64,000 nucleotides of DNA from Dehalococcoidia bacterium (GTDB lineage Bacteria; Chloroflexota; Dehalococcoidia; Lucifugimonadales; UBA2985), in the NCBI GenBank assembly GCA_965261605.1, contig OZ253466.1, positions 1,376,819 through 1,440,818 of the forward strand. Direction: 5' to 3'. Below the pieces are notes generated by a model that made no database searches, was not told the origin of the DNA, and was given only the letters and a program-made list of their open reading frames with translations. A program made the translations under genes and the position numbers. Below, piece by piece: positions 1-8,708 of the stretch (its first letter is position 1; every line of letters starts with the position of its first letter).

Positions 1-1500
1 GCTCGTCCCGGACGGCCTCGTTCCCCTCCAGGTCCATCGGGGACAGCGTCAGGAGGGTCTCCTCTGCGACTGCGCTCAGCCTGTCCTTCATTGCAGTATT
101 CCAGCCCCTGCTGGCGGCGAACCTGGCTATGAACTCGTACAGGTCCGCCAGAGCTTCGATATCCAGCCGAGACGTGAAGCGCATTCGCTTCGGGCTGGTG
201 AGCTCCAGGTACAGTATCATTGCGATAGCCGCAAACCCTCCGGTTGTCACGGCGCTTTTGAGCAGCGTTGCCAGTACCGGGTTGAGGCTTGGCAGGTTGA
301 ACAGACCAAACTGGAAGGACGCTCCAATCCAGAAGCAGACTCCCGCAACTACAACCCTTTGGCTGTTCTGCTCCGTCTGGATAACCGTCCTGGCGCCGTC
401 CACAAACAGGGTTCCGGTCACCATGACAAGGTACCCTGTCAATACGGGTCCGGGTATGGAGCTGAGCAGCCCGGACACCTTGGGCAGAAACGCCACCAGG
501 ATAAAGATGCAGCCAATGCAGTATCCCATCCTGAGAGAAGCGACGCCGGTGATTCGTGTGAACGCTACGATGCCCGGGCTGATGATGTTGGGCACCGCGC
601 CTCCTAAGCCGGCAAGCAGGTTTGTCACCCCCGCGCCCGCCAGCGCCCCCTGCACCTGACGAAAGTCGACGGCCCGGTCCTGACGCCAGGAGGCCCTCTG
701 CAGCCCGATGGCCTCTCCGTTCGACTGGATGGATATGATCACACCCAGGAACAGAAAAGACGGCAGCAGCGTCCAGAAGGGTATGCCGAATTCGAGCGCC
801 AAACCGGGCCACTCGCTCGGAAGCCCCACCCAGGGGGCCTGCGCTATCCTGTCAAAGTCGTATATGCCCAGGACTGCGGCAACCACGCAGCCGCCGGCTA
901 TGCCGATCACGGGCCCCCAGAGACGCAGCGCCGCCGAGCCGCGGAGCATCAGCGCAGCAACGATGGTCAGGGTGGCCAACGCGGTCAAAAGCGACGGACC
1001 GGCTTCAGTTTCCGTCGCATCGTCCAGCAGGCCGAAGACAACGGAAGCCAGGGTAATGGAGAGTATCATCATGACCGTGCCGCCCACGGTTGGCGTGACA
1101 ACCCTTCTCAGGATGAAAAGCCACTTGGAGATGATCAGCTGGGCGACCGCCGTGACGAGTACCAGGGTCGTAAGGGTCGCCGGCCCTCCATCCACAACCG
1201 CCGTTATGCAGAAAGGGATGGAGAAGGCGGCCGTGAACATGGGCAGAGTGGCCCCGCCTCCAACCGGCCCAATCCGGCGCGTCTGCAGCAACGTGGATAC
1301 ACCCACGACCAGCAGCGAGGCGAAGACCATCCACACAAGATATGAGTCGTCTCTTCCAGAGGCCTTCGCCACTACGACCGGCGTCACCAGCAGGGCGGCG
1401 GAGGCTATCAGGCTGAACTGCAAGCCGTAACCGACAACGGCCGGGAGGGGCGGGTTCTCGTGCACCTCGTAACGGGGGTTCTGAGAAGCTGCTGCCGTCA
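1..1500 (-). CDS. NCS2-family nucleobase (xanthine/uracil-type) permease. TTG start at 1500; the 3' end runs off the window. Carries a soluble C-terminal extension.
   Basis: Hand translation of the minus strand from TTG at 1500 gives an uninterrupted frame to position 1 (LTAAASQNPRYEVHENPPLPAVVGYGLQFSLIASAALLV...). It has multiple hydrophobic helices and an IPGPVLTGY motif resembling the NCS2 signature. It is absent from the ORF track because it has no stop inside the window. The plus-strand ORFs 129..659 and 708..1430 are low-complexity shadows. Confidence 0.6.
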
Positions 1501-1677
1501 ATGGTGTCTCCCGTATGCGGTCGCCCGGCGATCATACTAACGATGTATACAGTACCACACTTGAGCTTGTGGTTGGCCTGCGAATGCCCACCCGCATTTG
1601 CTTGCCACTCCCTCTCGCTGTTAGACTTCCTCCTGTATCCTTACTCTACCCAAATGGGTACGTCGAAAGGAGAGGGC

Positions 1678-2556
1678 ATGGCAGACTATACGCAGATACT
1701 GTACGAGAAGCAGCGCAACGGGGTCCTCATCACTCTAAACCGACCGGAGGCAATGAACGCCATCAGCGGGACCCTTCAGGAGGAGCTCCACGCCGCCCTG
1801 GACGCGGCCGTGGCCGACCCGGAGATTCGAGCTATTGTCCTGACCGGAGCGGGCAGCGCCTTCTCGTCCGGGATGGACCAGGGCGGTGGCGGTAGCCAGA
1901 GGGAGACGGTGTGGCCCTACGGCATCACCGAGGGAATGAGCGCAGCGGAGTTCATCGATTCCCGGCGCGGCAGCGGTCGCAACCCCTTGCTGCACCTGTG
2001 GGAGCTGGGCAAGCCGGTCATCGGCGCCATCAATGGCTGGGCAATGGGCGCCGGCTCCTGGTACGCCCTCTACACCCACATAACCATCGCATCGGAGAAC
2101 GCCGTTTTTGCACAGCCGGAGGTCCGCCACGGCTCCAACACCAGCTTCATGTGGACGCTGATGGCCGGGTTCAAGAACGCCCTCCGTTACGGCCTCACGG
2201 GCGACCACATAGACGCCCAGGAGGCGCTGCGCATCGGCATTGTGAACAAGGTTGTCCCCCACGACCAGCTGCTTGATGAGTGCTTCCATATCGTGGAACG
2301 GATAGCGCTGGTCCCGCCTGAGACGGTCAAGATCAACCTGGCCATAGCCACTATGGGCCTGGAGATGATGGGCCTGCGAGACGCCGTTTTCCTGGACTCC
2401 CAGCTATCGGCGTCCGCCCGCTCTATGATGCAGGAGGAGTACCGGCGGCCCCTGGACGAGACCCGGAAGAACGAGGGCGTCGGCGCTTATCTGAGGCTCA
2501 GGGACGATAAGTTCCGACCAGAGCCCTTCGGCCCGCGCTCCCGGCCGCGGGAGTAG
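1678..2556 (+). CDS. Enoyl-CoA hydratase/isomerase (crotonase) family protein
   Basis: The internal ATG at 1678 gives MADYTQILYEKQRNGVLITLNRPEAMNAI...LTGAGSAFSSG, the typical crotonase N-terminus. AGGAGAGGG lies just upstream. The longer ORF start at 1501 adds non-homologous sequence. Confidence 0.85.
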   Translation: MADYTQILYEKQRNGVLITLNRPEAMNAISGTLQEELHAALDAAVADPEIRAIVLTGAGSAFSSGMDQGGGGSQRETVWPYGITEGMSAAEFIDSRRGSGRNPLLHLWELGKPVIGAINGWAMGAGSWYALYTHITIASENAVFAQPEVRHGSNTSFMWTLMAGFKNALRYGLTGDHIDAQEALRIGIVNKVVPHDQLLDECFHIVERIALVPPETVKINLAIATMGLEMMGLRDAVFLDSQLSASARSMMQEEYRRPLDETRKNEGVGAYLRLRDDKFRPEPFGPRSRPRE

Positions 2557-2607
2557 GCCGCGATCTTATCGCCCGGACACGTTGAAGCATACAAAAAGGA
2601 GAGGCCA

Positions 2608-3498
2608 ATGACCGCCTACGAAAACCTGCTTTATGAGAAGCAGAGAAACGGACTGCTGATAACCCTGAACCGACCGGAGGCCATGAACGCCCTGAGCCAG
2701 GGGCTCCGCAACGAGATCGACGCCGCTCTTGAGGAGGCCAAACACGACCCGGACATCCGCGCGGTGGTGATGACCGGCGCGGGCCGAGCCTTCTCCGCAG
2801 GCGCGGACATCGGCGGCGGTGGAGGCGGCGGAGAGACGGAGTGGGCCTGGCCTTACGGCATCCCCGAAGGCGCGTCCCTGACGGAGCACTACGGCGACTG
2901 GAGGGACCGGGACCGCAGCAACATCGAAAGCCAGCTCTACCGGTGGGAGTACCCCAAGCCTATTATCGGCGCGATCAGTGGGTGGTGCCTGGGCGCCGGC
3001 TCGTGGCTGGCCCTCACTTGCCACATGACCATCGCCGCCGATGACGCGGTATTCGGCCAGCCGGAGGTGCGCATGGCCTCAAACTCCAACTTCATGTGGG
3101 TGCTGCTGGCCGGTGCCAAGAACGCCCTGCGATATGCCCTCACCGGCGACCACCTGGACGCCCAGGAGGCGCTGCGAATCGGCATTGTGAACAAGGTTGT
3201 CCCCAAGGAAGACCTGCTGGATGAGTGCTTCAGCATCGTGGAGCGGATAGCCCTGGTGCCGCCGGAGACGGTGAAGATCAACCTGGCCGTAGCCACTATG
3301 GGCCTGGAGATGATGGGGCTTAGGAAAGCCTTGAACCTCAACGCGGAGCTGTCCGCAATGGCCCACGTGTCCAAACGGGAGGAGTTCAACAAGCACCTGG
3401 AGGACGCCCGGAAAGAGGGCGGCCTGCGGGCGTTCCTTCAGGCCAGGGACACGCCCTTCATGCCGGAGCCCTTCGGCCCGCGCGCGAAGGGGGAGTGA
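2608..3498 (+). CDS. Enoyl-CoA hydratase/isomerase family protein, tandem paralog of the previous gene
   Basis: LITLNRPEAMNALS...MTGAGRAFSAGADIGGG. It is collinear with the 1678..2556 product. A GGAGAGG RBS precedes the ATG. Confidence 0.85.
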   Translation: MTAYENLLYEKQRNGLLITLNRPEAMNALSQGLRNEIDAALEEAKHDPDIRAVVMTGAGRAFSAGADIGGGGGGGETEWAWPYGIPEGASLTEHYGDWRDRDRSNIESQLYRWEYPKPIIGAISGWCLGAGSWLALTCHMTIAADDAVFGQPEVRMASNSNFMWVLLAGAKNALRYALTGDHLDAQEALRIGIVNKVVPKEDLLDECFSIVERIALVPPETVKINLAVATMGLEMMGLRKALNLNAELSAMAHVSKREEFNKHLEDARKEGGLRAFLQARDTPFMPEPFGPRAKGE

Positions 3499-3529
3499 GG
3501 GGTGGGGCGACTGCTGCGAGCGTATCCTT

Positions 3530-4606
3530 GTGTATAATCATTCAGCAAATATAGGAGGCTGCGCGTTGAGCACGGACTTTGAAAAGCGTATTGCCGAGAT
3601 AAATGGCAGTGCATCAATCCTAAGTGACCTAGATGAAAGGGCCGTTGAGTTGGGAGTTGTTCTGCCCTTGCTCAGGTGTGCCGGCTGGGACACTGAAGAC
3701 TTGACGCAGATATATCCTCAAAAGCCGGTATCGGAATCCAGAAGAGACAAGGTTGACTATGATCTTCAAATTGATGGTGCCAGCCGGGTGTTTCTTGAAG
3801 TCAAACGTTGGAGGTACGACCTAGGCAAAGCGGAAGAGGATCAGCTCAGGGATTATTGCCTAGAAGGGAAACCGAATCTGGCTGTCTTGACAAACGGACG
3901 TCACTGGCGTCTGTACTTGCCTCCACTGAAGCCGAAATCCGGAAAGAGTTCAGACCTCCGGCATTTCCTCGCGTTAGACATCACCAGAGAGCCTCTAAAG
4001 GAGGTTGAGGAGAAATTCAAGCGATTCCTCTCTTACGACAGCGCACAGTTCATCGGTGCTACTCGTAACGCGGCTCTGAAATTGCACAAAGAGCGCATTA
4101 GGGATGCTTCTGTACGAGAGAGTTTAATCAATGCCTTCAACGAGCTTGCAACCGATAAACAAAAACAGAAGGAAGCCGTAGAAGTGATTGCGGATCATCT
4201 CGGAATCTCGGCAAACGAATCCCAACTGGACCGGTTTCTTGAAACAGTCGGGACTATAATCAACAAAGTGGGTGACGACCGCACAACAAGAAAGCAGTCG
4301 CATCCTAAGCCCGCTTACTTTACTTTCCGAGCGGCAAGTGGAGAGGTGACCAAAACTGTAAGACATTGGAAAGAGCTTAAGCTCGGTGTCTGCATACTGA
4401 TGAACGAACTCCATCCCGATACTTTCAGAGACATCGTTCTCGGTATGGCAGGAAGCTGGTTTTCTGAGTCCGCCAAAAGCAATAGCGAACAAATAGGAGA
4501 TACGGGGATCTACGTTAAAGGAAGCAGTTCAGCCGATATCAACAAGCTTTGCTCTAGCATTGTGGCCAGGTTCGGGTATGCGGAAGGCTCTTTGACCATT
4601 GAATAG
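3530..4606 (+). CDS. PD-(D/E)xK nuclease-domain protein (Type I restriction enzyme HsdR N-terminal-like) with an uncharacterised roughly 200-aa C-terminal half
   Basis: The N-terminal half has VDYDL...FLEVKR (a D...E-x-K arrangement) followed by LAVLTNGRHWRLY, as in HsdR_N-type domains. The region is clearly AT-richer than its neighbours. The start is uncertain; TTG at about 3566 is also possible. Confidence 0.5.
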   Translation: MYNHSANIGGCALSTDFEKRIAEINGSASILSDLDERAVELGVVLPLLRCAGWDTEDLTQIYPQKPVSESRRDKVDYDLQIDGASRVFLEVKRWRYDLGKAEEDQLRDYCLEGKPNLAVLTNGRHWRLYLPPLKPKSGKSSDLRHFLALDITREPLKEVEEKFKRFLSYDSAQFIGATRNAALKLHKERIRDASVRESLINAFNELATDKQKQKEAVEVIADHLGISANESQLDRFLETVGTIINKVGDDRTTRKQSHPKPAYFTFRAASGEVTKTVRHWKELKLGVCILMNELHPDTFRDIVLGMAGSWFSESAKSNSEQIGDTGIYVKGSSSADINKLCSSIVARFGYAEGSLTIE

Positions 4607-4631
4607 AAGGGGTAAAGAAGAGCGCTGTCCG

Positions 4632-5063
4632 CTAATCTGAATCTGCGATACGAGCAGTCTCAGGATGCCACTCCGGGGAGCCTGAGATGTGATAGAAGGA
4701 CATCTGGCGCTCCTCGTTGTAGCTTGGCGGCGTGAGTTTGCGAGAGGGCAGGTCAACAGTCCATTCTCCCAGTTCTCCAAAGGAGACAAAACGGACGAGA
4801 AGACCCACGTCGAAGGTCTTGGCCAAGCGCTTCAGGGTCTTCAACGTGTATCTCCCGTAGTTGGGGTCTTCCAACCGCGAGATGGTCTCCTGTGCCATAT
4901 CACAGCGGCTGGCGAGTTCCTCCTGGGTCCATCCGCGGGCTTCCCGCAACAGGTGTATCTGAAACGCCAGCCCCACTGTGACGTGCTCGGAGACGAACTC
5001 GTGACGATACTCCTCGTCCTGTACCTCGTCCAGAAAATCTCCTCTTTCATCCTGTGAAATCAT
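4632..5063 (-). CDS. XRE-family helix-turn-helix antitoxin (HigA-like)
   Basis: LREARGWTQEELASRCDMAQETISRLEDPNYGRYTLKTLKRLAKTFDV is a classic XRE HTH. It overlaps the upstream toxin gene by 17 nt. Confidence 0.7.
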   Translation of the reverse strand: MISQDERGDFLDEVQDEEYRHEFVSEHVTVGLAFQIHLLREARGWTQEELASRCDMAQETISRLEDPNYGRYTLKTLKRLAKTFDVGLLVRFVSFGELGEWTVDLPSRKLTPPSYNEERQMSFYHISGSPEWHPETARIADSD

Positions 5064-5445
5064 GTCTTACTCTCCTATCAGCAGGCTGGGCCTCTACGAC
5101 CTCTTTGACGCTTAAGGCTTCCCAGCAGTCCTCTATGGGCACTATTTTGCCTGACTTTATTGTGCCAAGGGCCAGAGTTGCCTCGCGATGCCCCGTACCG
5201 TGAAATCCCAAGATACGGTACTGCTGACGCGCTATGCTGGCTCGTATCTCAAAAAGGCCGACGCATTCACCTGTGAGGGTATCTACAATGGGACGTTTCC
5301 ACTGTCCCGGAGAGGTGGACTCCAAGTGACTCAGCCACGCGTTTAGTTTCGCTCGTGCCGCTCTTCCAGGTCCGTTCAGCCAAGCCCTGATGGTATTGAC
5401 GCCATCCGCATCTACATAGTCAAAGAAAGTGAACTCGGCACCCAT
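5047..5445 (-). CDS. RelE/HigB (phage Gp49-like) toxin
   Basis: 132 aa. The toxin-first order with a downstream overlapping XRE partner is typical of HigBA. The pattern ...IRAWL...GLFEIR...YRILGF... fits Gp49/RelE-like toxins. Confidence 0.6.
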   Translation of the reverse strand: MGAEFTFFDYVDADGVNTIRAWLNGPGRAARAKLNAWLSHLESTSPGQWKRPIVDTLTGECVGLFEIRASIARQQYRILGFHGTGHREATLALGTIKSGKIVPIEDCWEALSVKEVVEAQPADRRVRHDFTG

Positions 5446-5552
5446 AATATCACAAACTTGTTATAGCCAGAAGCCTTGCAGTCAATAGCTCAACCCTAGC
5501 AGGCGCCAGCGTGAATATAGGCAGCAGCTCACTGCGTGCGTTGGATTATCCC

Positions 5553-6110
5553 CTACATCTGCGCCGTGTCCACTATGTGGGCTTCGCGGCTGTCCGGGGT
5601 TAGCTCCAGGATGGCGAGCGTCCCAGGCCGCATCTTCTGGCTGGGCCAGGTGGCGCTTCCGGGGTTGATAAACAGGATGCCTTGGTGCTCCTCTATCATG
5701 GTCTCGTGGGTGAAGCCCGCAACGACTATGTCCACTGGCGCGCCAAAGACCTCCGTCATCGCGTCTGCCATTGACGCCCCGGCGGGATAGAAGCGGTCTA
5801 TGGCCTTCGGGACAATCTCTTTCGACCTCATGCCCGGAATAATGAGCTCGTGGGCCATGCCGATACTGTGGCCCTCCAGCTCCAGCACGCGCGTTTGGCT
5901 CTCCACCCTGGGGTCGCCCTGAAGGTGGTCGAAGAGGCCCAAGACCGCCTTCACCGGCGCAATGCCCTCCAGCCAGTCCAGGCAGGAGACGATGAATATG
6001 TCACCGGAATGCAGGATGAGGTCGACGCCCTCAAAGGCCTGGGCTATCTGCGCCGATAGCTCCGGTCCGGCCGAGGGTAAATGTGTGTCTGCGATAAGTC
6101 CTATTTTCAT
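5553..6110 (-). CDS. Metallophosphoesterase, YfcE/MJ0936 family
   Basis: MKIGLIADTHLP...LILHSGDI...GHTHE-like motifs (D-x-H, GD, GH-x-H). Confidence 0.8.
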   Translation of the reverse strand: MKIGLIADTHLPSAGPELSAQIAQAFEGVDLILHSGDIFIVSCLDWLEGIAPVKAVLGLFDHLQGDPRVESQTRVLELEGHSIGMAHELIIPGMRSKEIVPKAIDRFYPAGASMADAMTEVFGAPVDIVVAGFTHETMIEEHQGILFINPGSATWPSQKMRPGTLAILELTPDSREAHIVDTAQM

Positions 6111-6135
6111 GTCAGCGGTCCTCTCCTAGTTAGTT

Positions 6136-6206
6136 CAGACGGTTCTGTTGCATTGAGCCGGGTAGTCCAATGGCAACTGGGCGGTTTTGTTGCATTTGCG
6201 GGGTAG
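6136..6206. repeat. Two tandem copies (6136-6165 and 6181-6206) of a roughly 26-30 nt repeat, inverted relative to the copy at 6909-6940
   Basis: cagacggttctgttgcattgagccgggtag and gcggttttgttgcatttgcggggtag match the reverse complement of ctaccccgcgaaatgcaacagaaccgttcagg. Confidence 0.8.
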
Positions 6207-6217
6207 TCACCCTACCC

Positions 6218-6886
6218 TTAATCCGTAAGTGCATCGACGAGTCTATCCCTTCCAGCCTCGAACGCTGCCTGGTTGCCGTTGTCGCACTCTTGCAACATTC
6301 TGCACCACTGTGGCGATAGGCATCCTGCCTCTTTCCAACTCCTACCCCGGACGGATAGGCCAGTTTGCTTGCAAGTGAAGTCTGTGCGGGTGTCCTGCTG
6401 CTGTTGAAGGTGCGCCCGCCACTCCTCTTCAGCTTTCAGAAACGCCTCCCATGATCTGCGGCCCTTTAGTGCGTTGCATTTCCGACAAAGCAGGTGGATA
6501 TTATCGAGTGTCTCTCCTCCCTCCGGGTCCTTATGGTCAAGCGTTGCCTCTCTACCAACAACTCGCTGTTGGCAGTATTGGCATCTACTGCTGTCGCGCT
6601 CGATTACCTGTGGCCTTAGTTTCCGTAGAGCATAACTGCGTTGGCTTTTTACCCTCTGCTCTGCGAGCAACGCCTCCAGTTCAGGATGCCCTTTGGGATA
6701 GAGGGTAGTATATCGGAACGTTTCATCTTCAAGCACACGCTCCGCCGAGTCTATGGACATTGGATAGTGTTGCGTCAGCCACTCCACGGCGAAAGCAGTA
6801 TCCTCAGTTTCCATCTGGACTTGTCGAGCTTCTATGACGGCTTTTACTAACTCTGGTTGGTCGCGGTAATATTCTGGTATCGTCAT
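6218..6886 (-). CDS. HNH endonuclease with an uncharacterised N-terminal domain
   Basis: CQYCQ...LDHKDP...NIHLLCRKCNALKG is an HNH/Cys-box motif. The GC content is lower than in the flanking genes. Confidence 0.8.
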   Translation of the reverse strand: MTIPEYYRDQPELVKAVIEARQVQMETEDTAFAVEWLTQHYPMSIDSAERVLEDETFRYTTLYPKGHPELEALLAEQRVKSQRSYALRKLRPQVIERDSSRCQYCQQRVVGREATLDHKDPEGGETLDNIHLLCRKCNALKGRRSWEAFLKAEEEWRAHLQQQQDTRTDFTCKQTGLSVRGRSWKEAGCLSPQWCRMLQECDNGNQAAFEAGRDRLVDALTD

Positions 6887-6908
6887 GCTGTGCCACCTTC
6901 TTTCTCGC

Positions 6909-6940
6909 CTACCCCGCGAAATGCAACAGAACCGTTCAGG
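6909..6940. repeat. Right-hand inverted copy of the repeat flanking the HNH gene; overlaps the recX stop codon
   Basis: ctaccccgcgaaatgcaacagaaccgttcagg. See 6136-6206. Confidence 0.8.
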
Positions 6941-7442
6941 CTGAGTCCTGTGCCGGCGCGACTGAGGAGTGGTTCACAGCCTCCCTCTCCTCCCACAATC
7001 GGTTCGCGGTTCTGCGGATGACGGCCTGGCTGAAGCCCCGGCGGTAGAGGTAGCCCCAAAGACGGCGTCGAAAGGTGTTGTAGTCGGCATCCGCCAGAGA
7101 CGCTGCGGCCCTCAGTCCGGCTCGATAGGCAGACTCCTCGTCGTCCAGGGTCTCCACCGCTGCCTGAGCCGTATCCCTGTCCACGCCCTTGCCCAGAAGC
7201 TCCCGCCGGATCGCCTTGGCGCTCCGGGGCCTGTGCGACACACGGCTCCGTGTCCACTCTTGGGCGAAGGACGTATCGTCCAGAAGGCCCTGCTCCTTCA
7301 GCCTCTGCACCACCGACTCCGCCACCAGTACGGGGTACTTTGCCTCCAGCCGACGCCTCACCTCCGACTCGCTGCGAGGACGGTATGAGAGGAATCGGAA
7401 AGCGAGGGAAGTAGCTTTCTCCAGGAGTTTGTCCTCATCCAT
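6936..7442 (-). CDS. recX: RecX, regulator of RecA
   Basis: LAFRFLSYRPRSESEVRRRL...SRVSHRPRS...RRGF is the repeat-helical pattern typical of RecX. It lies immediately downstream of recA. Confidence 0.85.
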   Translation of the reverse strand: MDEDKLLEKATSLAFRFLSYRPRSESEVRRRLEAKYPVLVAESVVQRLKEQGLLDDTSFAQEWTRSRVSHRPRSAKAIRRELLGKGVDRDTAQAAVETLDDEESAYRAGLRAAASLADADYNTFRRRLWGYLYRRGFSQAVIRRTANRLWEEREAVNHSSVAPAQDSA

Positions 7443-7474
7443 CGCAAGGGGACCTCCGCATTACTTCCTGGCGC

Positions 7475-7558
7475 CCCCATCCCCGTATCAAGTCCTGTCC
7501 CCGACTCCGATCGGGGAACGGGGCAGTCTCCAAGCTTTCCCCGCGGGCGAGGGAAGGG
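7475..7558. repeat. Palindromic intergenic repeat units (ccccgactccgatcgggg type) between recA and recX
   Basis: The same unit occurs at 42440-42500. Both give the spurious peptide SPTPIGERG in the ORF track (ORFs 7189..7641 and 42390..42947). Confidence 0.7.
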
Positions 7559-7561
7559 ACT

Positions 7562-8608
<1,047 letters not shown>

Positions 8609-8708
8609 ACAATCCTCCGCTGAGACCCTGCGATTTGGCACAATCATAGCACGGGCTACATGTGTGGACAAGGAAGCGATTTCAGCCCATACTCAGGTGG
8701 CGGCGTGT

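Noticed and set aside
129-1430. Plus-strand ORFs 129..659, 359..607 and 708..1430, and minus-strand ORF 1005..1535.
   Set aside because: A continuous minus-strand frame encoding a multi-helix NCS2-type permease covers the region. The listed ORFs are compositionally biased shadows or the wrong frame.
8609-8708. SOS/LexA operator upstream of recA.
   Set aside because: I could read no palindromic motif of the known LexA-box types in the recA-peptidase divergent spacer.
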